DNA of 64,000 bases from an uncultured Gammaproteobacteria bacterium (lineage in GTDB: Bacteria; Pseudomonadota; Gammaproteobacteria; Xanthomonadales; SZUA-36): contig CAVOYQ010000022.1 in assembly GCA_963700705.1 (NCBI GenBank), positions 38,218 to 102,217 on the forward strand, in the 5' to 3' direction. The notes beneath the pieces are model-generated. The model was not told the origin of the DNA and did no database searches. It was given only the letters and a program-made list of their open reading frames with translations. Positions 51,050-63,604 of the stretch are shown in pieces. How positions within the stretch are numbered: the stretch's first letter is position 1; each line of letters opens with the position of its first letter. The translations under genes were made by a program, and so were the position numbers.

Positions 51050-51616
51050 TCAATGGATTACCTCATGCTGCCCGGGTCCGCGAAAGTCTTCGTGCATCAT
51101 CAGGGCCACGACACGCACATATTCCACGATCTCCGCGAACGCCATTTCATCTTCCTCACCATCGCTCTCTTCCGGCCCTTGCGAGGTCATTTCTGCTTGC
51201 GCAATCTGCTGCAGGTCTTCTATGGCCTCCGTGGCCTCTGGCGACAGGGCATCGAGCGGGCCGCCGCATACCAGTCCCGCCAAAAATCCGGAACACCACC
51301 TGCCCAGTGCGATGATCCGCTCTTCCAGGGGCTCATCGTCATCCGGAAGCCACAGTACAAAACCAAACTCCTCATCCTGTAGTTGTCGAACCGTGCACGC
51401 ATGGGCCTCGGTCAGCGCGGAATCGAGTTCGGTAGAAGGCTTGACCGCCAACTTCATTGCAGAAAGCTGGAACTTGAAGTCCGAAGCGGTGCTGGCTGGC
51501 TCGCGACAGAGAAGCCCGGCAAGCAGCCCGTGGCATTCCGCCAATTCGGCGGCATCCAGATGACCCTGGCCCAGGCGGACAGTGCTCTCAAAATCGGGTA
51601 ACGCCGGCGCTGACAT
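51050..51616 (-). CDS. ygfB: UPF0149 family protein YgfB
   Basis: 188 aa acidic protein in the ygfB-pepP-ubiH position. Confidence 0.8.
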   Translation of the reverse strand: MSAPALPDFESTVRLGQGHLDAAELAECHGLLAGLLCREPASTASDFKFQLSAMKLAVKPSTELDSALTEAHACTVRQLQDEEFGFVLWLPDDDEPLEERIIALGRWCSGFLAGLVCGGPLDALSPEATEAIEDLQQIAQAEMTSQGPEESDGEEDEMAFAEIVEYVRVVALMMHEDFRGPGQHEVIH

Positions 51617-51754
51617 TCTGCCGCTCCAAAAACAGCAATTTTACCACCCGATGGGAACCCCTGGCTAATTATGCACAGGCGCGATGCAGACTTTGCGGGT
51701 GTCGCGCGGATATACCGCAACGATCCAATGGTCAAATGCGCCGCGGGGAATTGA

Positions 51755-52012
51755 TTGACGCTTTTCCTTGCTCAATCTATAGTTACCGCCATGGATTCAC
51801 TGGAACAGGCCGGAAAAGATCTCGAGCGTCTGGAGCAGCAGCTCAAGGCCCTGCTTGAACAATGCCGGAAACTCCGCGAAGAAAATCAATCCCTGCAGAA
51901 CCGGCAGGAATCGCTGGTTGCCGAACGGGCATCGCTGGTCTCCAAAAACGAAGAAGCGCGCAGCAAGGTCGAGGCCATGATCAACCGGCTGAAAGCATTG
52001 GAACAGTCCTGA
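51755..52012 (+). CDS. Small coiled-coil protein upstream of zapA (ZapB-like/TIGR02449-type)
   Basis: Heptad-rich LEQQLKALLEQCRKLREENQSLQNRQESLVAERASLVSKNEEARSKVEAMINRLKALE. The start may instead be ATG 51791. Confidence 0.65.
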   Translation: MTLFLAQSIVTAMDSLEQAGKDLERLEQQLKALLEQCRKLREENQSLQNRQESLVAERASLVSKNEEARSKVEAMINRLKALEQS

Positions 52013-52021
52013 GGTTTCTGC

Positions 52022-52318
52022 ATGAGCAACCAACCTGAGCCTGTCTCAGTCATCATTCTCGACAAGAAATATCAATTCGCCTGCGAACCGGAGCAGCGTA
52101 GCGACCTGGTTGAGGCCGCACGCCTGCTGGATGAGCGGATGAGCGAAATCAAGGAAACCGGCCGCCTGTTGTCGCTTGAACGAATCGCGCTGCAGGCAGC
52201 CCTGAATTTCAGCGCGGAGATCATGAAGATGCGGGCTGCCGAAAATTACCGGAAGCAAAACTTCGACAGCCGGATCAAAATACTCGCCGATCAGATCGAT
52301 GATGCACTGAAAAGTTGA
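52022..52318 (+). CDS. zapA: Cell division protein ZapA
   Basis: 98 aa, VSVIILDKKYQFACEPEQRSDLVEAARLLDERMSEIKE; zapA-ssrS-ygfA synteny. Confidence 0.9.
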   Translation: MSNQPEPVSVIILDKKYQFACEPEQRSDLVEAARLLDERMSEIKETGRLLSLERIALQAALNFSAEIMKMRAAENYRKQNFDSRIKILADQIDDALKS

Positions 52319-52331
52319 TCGCGCTATACTG

Positions 52332-52521
52332 ATTTTGCCCCCTGTGGTGTTTGCCAACGGAACTGTTATTTGCCTTGTCCCTATATACTGACCCCGGGGT
52401 AGCTGATCTGAGTGCTGGTGTGCATGTTCGCTTTTAGCGAAAAGCCTGAAGCCTCGTAAGCCATCCCACCTGAACCTTTGGTTCAAGGTCACTGGGCCGT
52501 AGCGGCATCACGGAGGGCTTC
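52332..52521 (+). ncRNA. ssrS: 6S RNA
   Basis: Located between zapA and the 5-FCL gene as in E. coli and Pseudomonas. The 3' part CACCTGAACCTTTGGTTCAAGGTCACTGGGCCGTAGCGGCATCACGGAGGGCTTC closely parallels the E. coli 6S 3' arm. The 5' GCCCCCTGTGGTGTTTGCC pairs with the 3' GGCATCACGGAGGGC to close the long helix. Ends are approximate (within about 5 nt). Confidence 0.85.
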
Positions 52522-52549
52522 TATTATCTGCCCCATTAAACCGTACCCG

Positions 52550-53189
52550 ATGCATATCGAACCCGGTCAGAAAGCTCTGAAAACACGGCTGCGAAAAGAG
52601 ATCCGGCAAAAGCGGGCGGCCATTGACCCGGAGCAGCGCAGCGCCTGGGACTTACGGATCAACCGGAACCTGGAGCAATACACCGGGAAAGCGTCTCCAC
52701 GGGTAGTGGCTGCCTACATGGCGTTTGACGGTGAGCCCGATCTCCTGCCGGCGCTGACCCGCCTGGGACGTCGAGGGTGTCAGGCTCGCATTACCTGTCC
52801 TGCAGAATGCACCCGGCAAGACCGTCATCACCATGAGGGCATGGTCACCGGATATGAAATTGGCGACCAATCGTTACGGTATTGCCGAACCCGATGGAAC
52901 ACAGGACGTTCAGCCTGCGGACATTGACCTGGTGTTGGTTCCGTTGGTGGGCTGGGACCGCGCAGGTGGACGGCTGGGAATGGGCGCAGGCTTTTATGAC
53001 CGGCTTTTTCAGCCTTTCGCCGGGCTCGAAAAACCTTTGCGAATCGGTGTTGCTTACGATCTCCAGCAGTTGCCGGGCGTGCCGCGGGACCCCTGGGACA
53101 TCCCCCTGCACGGTGTGCTGACCGAAAACGGCTGGTTTACCTGCGAAGGTGCAGGCGCGACAATAGATCCTGGCATCCCGGAAAAATGA
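52550..53189 (+). CDS. ygfA: 5-formyltetrahydrofolate cyclo-ligase, one frame break
   Basis: LRKEIRQKRAAIDPEQR... / VRLALPVLQNAPGKTVITMRAW...IDLVLVPLVGWDRAGGRLGMGAGFYDR. Frame break near 52774-52781. Confidence 0.85.
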
Positions 53190-53202
53190 AAGAGGTTAAT
53201 GA

Positions 53203-53676
53203 GTGAATTACTGGTTGATCAAGAGCGAACCGGAAACCTTCAGTATCGATGACCTGAAAAATGCGCCGGGCAAGCGGGAACACTGGGACGGAATCAGGAA
53301 TTACCAGGCCCGGAACTACATGCGCGACGACATGCAAAAGGGCGACCAGGTCTTTTTTTATCATTCCAGTTGCGCAGAACCGGGCATTGTCGGCCTCTGT
53401 GAAGTCGTATCCGACGCCTATCCCGATCACACGGCCTTCGACCCCGAAAGCAGGTACTTCGACGCGGGAAGCACACCTGAAAATCCGCGGTGGCTGATGC
53501 GCGATATCCGGTTCAGGCGCAAAACCCGGCGCTTGATCAGCCTGACCGAGATCAAGAAGCATGCCGATCAACTGGACGGTTTTCCGCTGATCCGGCGCGG
53601 TAACCGCTTATCGATCATGCCGGTCTCCCCTGAACACTGGGAATTCATACTCACACTCGAGGCGATCAAGCCATGA
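53203..53676 (+). CDS. EVE domain protein
   Basis: [20 protein letters not shown]...[28 protein letters not shown] is the EVE/PUA-like signature. Confidence 0.85.
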   Translation: MNYWLIKSEPETFSIDDLKNAPGKREHWDGIRNYQARNYMRDDMQKGDQVFFYHSSCAEPGIVGLCEVVSDAYPDHTAFDPESRYFDAGSTPENPRWLMRDIRFRRKTRRLISLTEIKKHADQLDGFPLIRRGNRLSIMPVSPEHWEFILTLEAIKP

Positions 53677-54338
53677 CGGAACCGAACCGGCAACAGGTCC
53701 AGAAACAACAGGTAGCGCAGGCCGCACTTGAATTTGTCCGTCCTGACACGGTTCTCGGTGTCGGCACCGGCAGCACCGTGATCTGCTTCATCGAAGCACT
53801 GGCGGCCAGTGGCATACGCCTGGAAGCGGCGGTATCCTCGTCCGACGCCACGTCCAGCCTGCTCAAATCCCACGGCATCGAGGTGAGAGACCTGAATATC
53901 GCCGGCACACTGGATTTGTATATCGACGGCGCCGACGAATTTGATCAGCATCGACGGTTGATCAAGGGTGGTGGCGGCGCGCTCACGCGGGAAAAGATCG
54001 TCAGCGCAGCCAGCCGCCGTTTCATTTGCATCGTCGATGAAAGCAAGAAAGTCGGCGTGCTCGGGAAGTTCCCGTTACCGGTTGAAGTCATTCCGATGGC
54101 CCGCAGTTACGTGGCCCGTCAGCTGGTTGCGATGGGCGGGCAGCCGGAACTGCGTCCTAACTTCATCACGGACAATGGCAACGTAATTCTCGATGTGTAC
54201 AACATGGACCTGGTCGACCCGGTCAAGGTGGAGAAAGCACTGAACGACGTTCCGGGAGTCGTCGCCAATGGCCTGTGGGCGATACGTCCGGCCGAAGTGG
54301 TGTTGATGGCTACATCAAAGGGCGTTGTAAAACTCTAG
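53673..54338 (+). CDS. rpiA: Ribose-5-phosphate isomerase A
   Basis: [14 protein letters not shown] and [11 protein letters not shown] motifs. Confidence 0.95.
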   Translation: MTEPNRQQVQKQQVAQAALEFVRPDTVLGVGTGSTVICFIEALAASGIRLEAAVSSSDATSSLLKSHGIEVRDLNIAGTLDLYIDGADEFDQHRRLIKGGGGALTREKIVSAASRRFICIVDESKKVGVLGKFPLPVEVIPMARSYVARQLVAMGGQPELRPNFITDNGNVILDVYNMDLVDPVKVEKALNDVPGVVANGLWAIRPAEVVLMATSKGVVKL

Positions 54339-54360
54339 TTTCCCGTCCCGCAGCAAGAAA

Positions 54361-54390
54361 AGGGGCCGGTTTCCCGGCCCCTCTGCTTTT
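54361..54390. terminator. Bidirectional intrinsic terminator between rpiA and nirS
   Basis: AGGGGCCGG-TTTC-CCGGCCCCT stem-loop (54361-54382), flanked by a T-run on the + strand (CTGCTTTT) and by TTTTTCTT on the - strand. Confidence 0.75.
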
Positions 54391-54403
54391 CAGGAGAACC
54401 CGT

Positions 54404-56633
<2,230 letters not shown>

Positions 56634-56686
56634 TGAAATTTGCCGGAAATCGCGGGTGCAAATCGAAAGTGAGGGTAATTTTTGCC

Positions 56687-58961
56687 TCAGTACTCGAAAC
56701 GAACAGTGAACGAAAAATTTCTTCCGGGCCGGGAAAGCACCGGGATCATCGGGTTATCGGCTTCCATGTTGGAGACATCCAGCCAGCGCCAGTAAGTTTT
56801 ATCGAGCAGGTTGAAAACCCCGGCGCGCACTTCGATCCGCTCCAGCGGCCGCCACCCGGCCGACACATCCAGCCGGGTCCAGGCGGGCGTGGCAAAACGC
56901 GCGCCGTCCGCCTCGTCGATGTCGCTGACCTTCTTGCTAGACGTGAAGGTCCCGGTGGCTGCAAGGTCCCATATCCCGCCCGGTGAATACCAGGAAATAC
57001 CCAGCACGGCCTGTGGCGGAGCAACGCTGTTCAGTGGCTCCCCGGTTTGACGGTTTTCACCTTCAGACCACAGCGCGGCCAGATTCAATACCCACCCGTC
57101 CAGCGCAGGGTTCCAGGAAGACAGTTCCTGGTCCAAACGCAAATCCACGCCCCGGATTCGCGCCTGGTCGATGTTGCGGGACTGGAAGATCAGGTCGCCG
57201 GTCTCGGGATCCCTTCCGATCAGCACCCGGGATTCTATGAAATCGTCAAAATCGGTCTGAAAAAACGCCAGGCTGAACCTCGAACCCGCGCCGAAACGCC
57301 GGACACCGAATTCAATTCCCTGCGAAGTTTCTGACTTCAGATCCGGATTGGGAAGGGCCCGGAATCCGAACAGAGGAATGTTCAAGCCAAGATTGGCGTC
57401 TTCAAATGGCGGAGCGCGGAACCCCTCCGAATACTGGCCGTACAGGTTCCATGATTCAGAAAGATTGAACAGTACACCCAGCCTCGGCGTGAGCCGGCTG
57501 TCGTTGACCGCGACGACTTCGGTATCCGGATTGTCTTCCTGCCAGATGTTGTCCGGCTCCGGTTTGAGGTTGTACTGATCCCAGCGCACTGCAGGGATCA
57601 CTTGCCAGCGACCGCCGGCGAAATTGATCTCGTCCTGAACCCAGAGACCGTATTCATCCGTCCGGGACTCAGGGAAGTCACGGACCGGCATCGATTCTCC
57701 CAGGATGACGTTGCTACTCGAGCCATCCACCAGGCTGGTTTGCCGGCCGTCACGCAACTCCGTGATGTCCGTTCGCAACCAATCGGCTCCCAGCCCCAAT
57801 CGATGCCGGGTCGAGCCCCAATCCAGGTCCCGGAAAACCATTAAATCCACGCCGGACAGGTCCTGCCCGTATATAAACCGGCGTTCGATTTCGACCGGTT
57901 GAGGAGCCGTGGCGCGCTCCTCGAAAGTCCATTGGTCGGTATCGTGTTTGACCTTGTAAACGCGCACATTACCCTGTTGCCAGTTGCCGCCGGAAAAATC
58001 GTAGTCGAGATAAACGCGCTGGCTCTTGTCCTGATCATCCCCGGTCATTGAAGTGGTCCGGCGAAATCGCTGACCATAACCCAGCAGGGAATTGATGGTT
58101 GTTTCGACATTGCGCTCAGTTTGATCCGCGGTAAGGCGCAAACGGTTACCTCCGCTGGTGTCAAACGAGTAACGAAACATGAAATCACTGCTGTCCCAGT
58201 CCTGCGGATCAGAGGGTGTTCCGGCCGGCGCCTGGTTTTCCAGTTGGTGGCCCTGGCGATAAGTGACGGCTGCCAGCAAGCCGTGAGGACCCTCACCCCA
58301 GGCTCCGACGCCTGACGCCACCCAACTGTCATCCGAACCCTGGTACCCCCCGCGCAAGGCCCAGCCAGGCCGGCCTGTCCGAACCGGCCAGCAGGTCGGA
58401 TGGATCCCAGGTCGTAAACGTCATCACGCCGCCGATTGCGTTTGACCCGTACATGACCGATGCAGGGCCGTAAAGAACTTCAACGCGCTTGATCCTGTCC
58501 GGCTCCACCAGCGTTCGACCCCCGTTGGAATAGGCGCCGATGGCGAACTGCCCCCGAACCGGCACCCCGTCGACCGCCAGCAGCACCCGGTTGCCACTGA
58601 TGCCGCGGATATTGATGCTCGAAGCGCCAAACCGGGTTCCGGCGGTTTCAACTTCCAGGCCAGGCTGGTACTTCAGCAGACCGTCGAGATCCTCGACCAG
58701 GGCCTCACGCATTTCTGCCGCGTCAATCAGGGTAACCTGGGCCGCAACGTCCGACAGCGGCCGGGCAATCCTGCCGGCGACAACGACGATCGGGTCGAGT
58801 TCGATTCGTTCCTGGTCCGGCTTGTCGCTATCGGCTGATCCCGATGCGCCTGCGGAAATCACCAGGGCGAAAGCAAACGCGATAGATTTTCTGCAAGGGA
58901 ATGGAAACATCATGTTACCGCGATCTGGAGTCTGGCGAAGAATAGGTGCAAAGCGATGCAT
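56687..58961 (-). CDS. TonB-dependent outer-membrane receptor, haem/haemoglobin-receptor-like, one frame break
   Basis: ORF 58329-58961 is the signal peptide plus plug domain. ORF 56687-58357 is the barrel, ending FSFTVRFEY. FRAP (EGFRAPPFED) and NPDL (NPNL-like) motifs. Frame break at the C6 run ~58345-58360. The start may be ATG 58913 (MMFPFP...). Confidence 0.8.
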
Positions 58962-59005
58962 CTTTTCTGACCTGGATCAAGGCTCTCCGCATATTAAGGA
59001 ACCTT

Positions 59006-59024
59006 GATATGAATCAATATGATC
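59006..59024. promoter_or_regulatory. Weak Fur-box-like sequence in the receptor/nsrR divergent region
   Basis: GATATGAATCAATATGATC matches the GATAATGATAATCATTATC consensus at about 12 of 19 positions by eye. Confidence 0.25.
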
Positions 59025-59106
59025 ATGCAAGCGGCTTGTTAGATTAGGTGTAATTCCAGGCATCAATACGCGGCCGGAATGAAAATTGAAGTAACGGTGC
59101 ACAACT

Positions 59107-59544
59107 ATGAAACTGACAAGATTCACCGACTATTCGCTTCGCGTTTTGATTTATCTTGGCCTGAGGAACGATGGCCGGGTAACCATTCGGGAAATATCCG
59201 ACGCCTATGGAATTTCACGCAACCACCTGATGAAAGTCGTTAGTCTGTTGACGCGCATGGGTTATCTCGATGCGCGCCGGGGCCCGGGGGGAGGCATCGC
59301 CCTGGCCAGGGCTCCGGGAGAAATTGTCATCGCAAATGTGATCCGCGACATGGAAGACGACCTCAACCTGGTCGAGTGCTTTTGCGTGGACGGCCACTGC
59401 GTGATCAAACCGATGTGCCAACTGAAAGTCGCCTTGCGACAGGCCTTGGAAGCGTACCTGCAAACACTTGACCGCTTTACCTTGCTTGACCTGATCCGGC
59501 CAAGGGGCAAACTATCCGAGGCGCTTGGGGTTAACGCCGCCTGA
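59107..59544 (+). CDS. nsrR: Rrf2-family NO-responsive repressor NsrR
   Basis: MKLTRFTDYSLRVLIYLG... wHTH plus a three-Cys cluster (ECFCVDGHCVIKPMC). Confidence 0.8.
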   Translation: MKLTRFTDYSLRVLIYLGLRNDGRVTIREISDAYGISRNHLMKVVSLLTRMGYLDARRGPGGGIALARAPGEIVIANVIRDMEDDLNLVECFCVDGHCVIKPMCQLKVALRQALEAYLQTLDRFTLLDLIRPRGKLSEALGVNAA

Positions 59545-59557
59545 AGCTTTCAAAAAC

Positions 59558-59580
59558 AAAGAGCGCACAAGGCGCTCTTT
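59558..59580. terminator. Bidirectional intrinsic terminator between nsrR and the sortase-substrate gene
   Basis: AAAGAGCGC-ACAAG-GCGCTCTTT; followed by GTTTTTG on the minus strand. Confidence 0.7.
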
Positions 59581-59627
59581 GTTCAAGTTCACATTTTGAC
59601 GCTAAATCGCGTCCGTCAATGCCTTTA

Positions 59628-60197
59628 TCAGAGACGTGTCCGCACGAAGCTGACTGCGCCACCCAACAGGATCAACAGCCCACCCAACAGGGCGAACAGC
59701 GGAACCTGGGTAGCCGTCTTCGGCAGGGCCATTGGTTTCGGCTCGGGGGCAGGAGCCGCCTTTGCCGGGGCTGCAACTGGAGCAGAGGCCGCAGCCGGGG
59801 CCGCTACCTCAGCAACCGTGAAGTTACCTTCGGAAATGACGTAAACGTTCACTTCCTGCTTGGGAGCGAGGTCAGAGATCCTGACTTCCTTGCCGCCAAT
59901 TTCAGCCGTTGCGCCATATGGCGGGTACGTCCGATCCGGCGTGGTCCATGAACCGTCGGGCAACTGCCACTGGACGATCGTGGAGTTTACGCTTTGGCGA
60001 ACGACTTTCGCTTTGAGTTTGGCGAACATCGCTGAATTGCGTTCAACTATTTCCAGGCAGGCGTCGCTGATATTCGGATTACTGGCGAGCATCGTATCAG
60101 TATAGGAAACATCAGCGCAGGTCACTGCTTGTGCTGCAGAGGTAAATCCGAGTGCGCCCAGAAGTACCAACATGGTAAATAACATAGTCTTCTTCAT
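59628..60197 (-). CDS. Small secreted protein with a C-terminal sortase sorting signal (LPKTAT + TM + RTRL)
   Basis: Signal peptide MKKTMLFTMLVLLGALGFTSAAQA; Ala/Pro-rich linker. C-terminus ...PMALPKTATQVPLFALLGGLLILLGGAVSFVRTRL has the motif, a hydrophobic helix and a basic tail. Confidence 0.85.
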   Translation of the reverse strand: MKKTMLFTMLVLLGALGFTSAAQAVTCADVSYTDTMLASNPNISDACLEIVERNSAMFAKLKAKVVRQSVNSTIVQWQLPDGSWTTPDRTYPPYGATAEIGGKEVRISDLAPKQEVNVYVISEGNFTVAEVAAPAAASAPVAAPAKAAPAPEPKPMALPKTATQVPLFALLGGLLILLGGAVSFVRTRL

Positions 60198-60209
60198 TTT
60201 TTCCCTCTC

Positions 60210-60887
60210 TTAGGTTTTGGTAGCAGAATGTTCAGCCGTGGCCTTTACGATAAACCGCTTCGGCGCGTGCCCAACATAATAAAAAGGATAGCAGGTTACA
60301 AGTGTTATTGTCTGTTCATCGGTCGGTTCCAGCACGGAAACATCAGTCGGGTCGACGATCTCGATCGAGGACACTGAATAGGCTACTTCCCCGTTTGCGG
60401 TTTGCAGATCGATGCGGTCACCCACGGCAACGTCCTTCAGACCCCGAAAAAATCCATCGCGGTGGCCGGCGATGCCCAGGTTGCCCTGGGCATCGATCGG
60501 CGCTGTGCCGATGATCCGCCCTACCCCGCGGTTCAGGTTGAAATCGTCCGCGCCGTTGTAAACCGGCACCTGGATATCCAGCTTTTCGATCGTCAGAAGC
60601 GCCAGGGGAGGCTCCGCCTGCACTTTCAGACTTTCCTCGTATTCGGCAATTCGCTTCGGAGTCCATAATTCCTGGTTGGGATTGGAAACCTCAGCCAACA
60701 CGGAATCACCCGAATACGGGTTTTCGAGAACCATTTCACTGGCGGCGGCATTGAAGGCTTTTACGCCTTGTTCCCGTTGGCGCTCACCATCTGCCCTGAT
60801 CTGAAAATAGACGACAAGAAGCGCAATTCCGCCGAGGTACAAACCGGCCTCCAACCACCCCAGTTTTCGTTTCATTGCGCTTTTCAT
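60210..60887 (-). CDS. Sortase (proteobacterial 'marine' type)
   Basis: N-terminal TM anchor (LEAGLYLGGIALLVVYF), catalytic His (GIAGHRDGFF), TLVTC Cys motif (ITLVTCYPFYY) and Arg (PKRFIV). ATG 60887 overlaps the ALDH stop (ATGA). Confidence 0.85.
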   Translation of the reverse strand: MKSAMKRKLGWLEAGLYLGGIALLVVYFQIRADGERQREQGVKAFNAAASEMVLENPYSGDSVLAEVSNPNQELWTPKRIAEYEESLKVQAEPPLALLTIEKLDIQVPVYNGADDFNLNRGVGRIIGTAPIDAQGNLGIAGHRDGFFRGLKDVAVGDRIDLQTANGEVAYSVSSIEIVDPTDVSVLEPTDEQTITLVTCYPFYYVGHAPKRFIVKATAEHSATKT

Positions 60888-62469
60888 GAGGACTCCGGGA
60901 TAGTCCAGCCCTGTGGAGCGGGGCCCTGGTCCATGATGATCTCCCGGTGGCCGCTCCAGGTGTTGATGATGGCCTCCGGTGTGCCGATACCGGCGGCCCG
61001 GGGGTCGCCGCAGGGTCCAAACCAATGGTTTTGCGGCGCGCCGGTCGTTCGCGCCCGCATTCCGGAGTAAGTCGTGCCATTGACCGTGGCCGCAAGCACC
61101 CGGTTCTGGAATTCGATGTCGGAAGACACCACCGCGGCGGTGAGGTGGTGGGAAATCCGTTCCAGGGCTTCCAGCACGGCAGGCAGGTCATCGTCGCCAA
61201 AGCTGACCACGACCTGGAAGGGGCCGAATAATTCCGTCGTGACCAGGCTGAAATGTGTCACCCCGGATTGCATCCAGTGGCACTTCGACGGCCGTGGGCT
61301 GATAGGCGCCGTAGCATTCGGGAATGGAATGTCCCTGCAGGACGTTCCCGCCGAACAGCAGGCGGCTTCCGGGAATGGCCAGCACGGCGTCCACGTGCGA
61401 TTGTATCTGCTCGTTGGTCCAGCTCAGTACCGGACCGATCGTCAGGTCGTCGAGTTTACGGCGCGCCGCCAACTCCGCCATTTTTGGCAGCAGCGCTTCG
61501 GCCCAGTTGCGGTGGACAAAAAGGATACTCTGAGCCGAACACTTCTGTCCGGTGGCGTTGTAGGCATCCTGCTCGCACTGCCACGCCACGTAGTCCAGCC
61601 ATTGCGGCTGGAAGTCAGGACCGATCACCTTCCAGTCAAAACCGGCGTCCTCGAGCTTCACTTTTCCATTCATCACGCCCGATATCCGCTCCGCAACAGC
61701 ACCGGAACCGGTAAATTGAACGAGGCGGAGATCCTTGCTCGCCTGCTCCAGCAACTGCCCCATGGCGGATCCCTTGCAGTGAATCAGGTCAACGTCGCCG
61801 GCCGGCAGGCCGGATTCGATCATCAAACGCAGGAACTGTTCGAAAACCACACTGACCTTTGAATCGACTTTAACCAGTGGCTTGTTGCCCATGAACAGTG
61901 CGCCCATCACCTGCAACGCCGGAATTTCGAGCGGGAAGTTGAAAGGCGCGACGATGGCTACGGGACCGAACGGCCAGCGGTAACCCCGCGATTCCTGCCC
62001 GGCATGGTCACCCGGATTGGAAAAACCGCGAGCGAGAAACCGCACGCCATCCCCGGAAAAATTCTCCAGGAACACCCGGGTGACCACCACTTCATTGAGG
62101 CATTGCTGCCAGCTTTTGGGCATCACCCGCTGAATCAGGCGGGTGAAGAACGTTTCCACATCCTTTTCCGCCATCAACGCGGCGGCCCTGGCGCAGACCT
62201 GTCCAAGCGCCACGTAACGCTGGGGGTTTTTGAAGGGATTGTGCAGGCCTGATTTTGGACAGGAGCGCAGGCTGTCGATGTACCCGGAATGATCCTGCGT
62301 ATCCGGGACCTGCAGGAAGCTGCCGCCGCTCAAGGGATCGGGGATATCCTGCCTGAAGCGCTCGCCATCCATCCATTCACCGCGAAGACAGGTTGCGAAC
62401 GACCCCGGATTCGTCCGGCGTCATGCCGTTGAAAGGATCAACCGTGGCAAAATCTGGAATTAAGGACAT
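60884..62469 (-). CDS. Aldehyde dehydrogenase family protein (P5C-dehydrogenase/ALDH4-like), two frame breaks
   Basis: MSLIPDFATVDPFNGMTPDESGVVRNL / RGEWMDGERF...FNFPLEIP...FTGSGAVAE...GQKCSAQS (catalytic Cys) / ...ELFGPFQVVV.... Frame breaks near 62385-62400 and 61255-61275. Confidence 0.75.
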
Positions 62470-62601
62470 TTATTGACTCCTGGAGACTGAATTGCCTCAG
62501 CCGTATATAATAGCGCGCTTTGCGCGGCGGAATGGACTCCGCGGCCAGAATTTTAATTCAGAAAACTGGAGAGAACACCATGCAAAACCCAACCTGGCGA
62601 T

Positions 62602-63597
62602 ATGCCGTCGACCTGCCTTTTACTCGCCGCCATTTGCCTGCCAGACCTGGCCTTCGCAGACCAGCTGGTCATGAAAAACGGTGACGTGATTACCGGTGAC
62701 CTGGGCAAAGTCGAAAACAACAAGGTTTTCATCAAACCCGCCTACGCCAGCGAATTCTCGGTTGACCTGGCCGAGGTCGTGTCCATCGAGGCGGATAAAG
62801 TCTACGAGGTGGAACTGGAAGGCGGTCAGGAAGTGAATGCCAAATTCGCCGGGGTGACCGGTGATGGCCAGCAGACGCTGATCGTGGACGACGCGGAAAT
62901 GAATGTGGGTTTGACCCAGCTCGAAATGGCTGCGCTGCCACTTCCTTACTATGAGCGTGTTTCTCGCGTCGATTTCAACATGGCCTGGAACGATGGCAAC
63001 ACCAACAACAAGAGCAACCTGTTGTTTGCCGACACCCACCTGAGGCTGGGCGACCACCGGCACCTGGCCGAACTCACCATTGCACGGGATGAAACCAACG
63101 ACGTCAGCACCAAGAAACAGGACCTGGCGCGCTATTCCTACAACTGGTTGTTCAGCACGCCATGGTACCTCGGCGCCACCGGCAGTTACGAACGTGACCC
63201 GATCAAGGACCTGAGCCATCGTTACACGATAGGCGCCCTGATCGGGCGGGACCTTTTCAAGGATTCCCGGAAATTCCTGACCTTCAGCGTCGGTATGGGT
63301 TATTCCGAACAGAAACTCGGCGGTATCTCGGACGGCGGCGCTACCGCCTTGTGGAACCTGATTTATGAACACAAAATCCTCGACGGGAAGCTCGCATTCT
63401 TCCACAACGAAAACATCAGTTACCAGTTCTACGGTGACAACGATATGATCGTGAAGACCAACACGGGTTTCCGCTTCGATATCCTGGCAAACCTGTATGC
63501 CAATGTCGGGTTTCGCTGGGACTACGAATCGGAACCGGCGGCGGGAACCAAGGACTACGATACGACCCTGGCGGTGGGTATCGGCGCCAAGTTCTAA
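62602..63597 (+). CDS. DUF481 outer-membrane beta-barrel protein (YdiY-like)
   Basis: Signal peptide MPSTCLLLAAICLPDLAFA, N-terminal DQLVMKNGDVITGDL motif, alternating beta-strand pattern and terminal ...AVGIGAKF. Confidence 0.75.
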   Translation: MPSTCLLLAAICLPDLAFADQLVMKNGDVITGDLGKVENNKVFIKPAYASEFSVDLAEVVSIEADKVYEVELEGGQEVNAKFAGVTGDGQQTLIVDDAEMNVGLTQLEMAALPLPYYERVSRVDFNMAWNDGNTNNKSNLLFADTHLRLGDHRHLAELTIARDETNDVSTKKQDLARYSYNWLFSTPWYLGATGSYERDPIKDLSHRYTIGALIGRDLFKDSRKFLTFSVGMGYSEQKLGGISDGGATALWNLIYEHKILDGKLAFFHNENISYQFYGDNDMIVKTNTGFRFDILANLYANVGFRWDYESEPAAGTKDYDTTLAVGIGAKF

Positions 63598-63604
63598 GGA
63601 GCAG

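Noticed and set aside
62373-62381. Apparent in-frame TGA between MSLIPDF...RNLSSR and MDGERF... in the aldehyde dehydrogenase (possible selenocysteine, readthrough or nonsense)
   Set aside because: Recounting codon phase showed the upstream piece (phase of ATG 62469) and the main ORF (ATG 62372) are in different frames. The disruption is therefore an ordinary +/-1 frame break near 62385-62400, not an in-frame stop.
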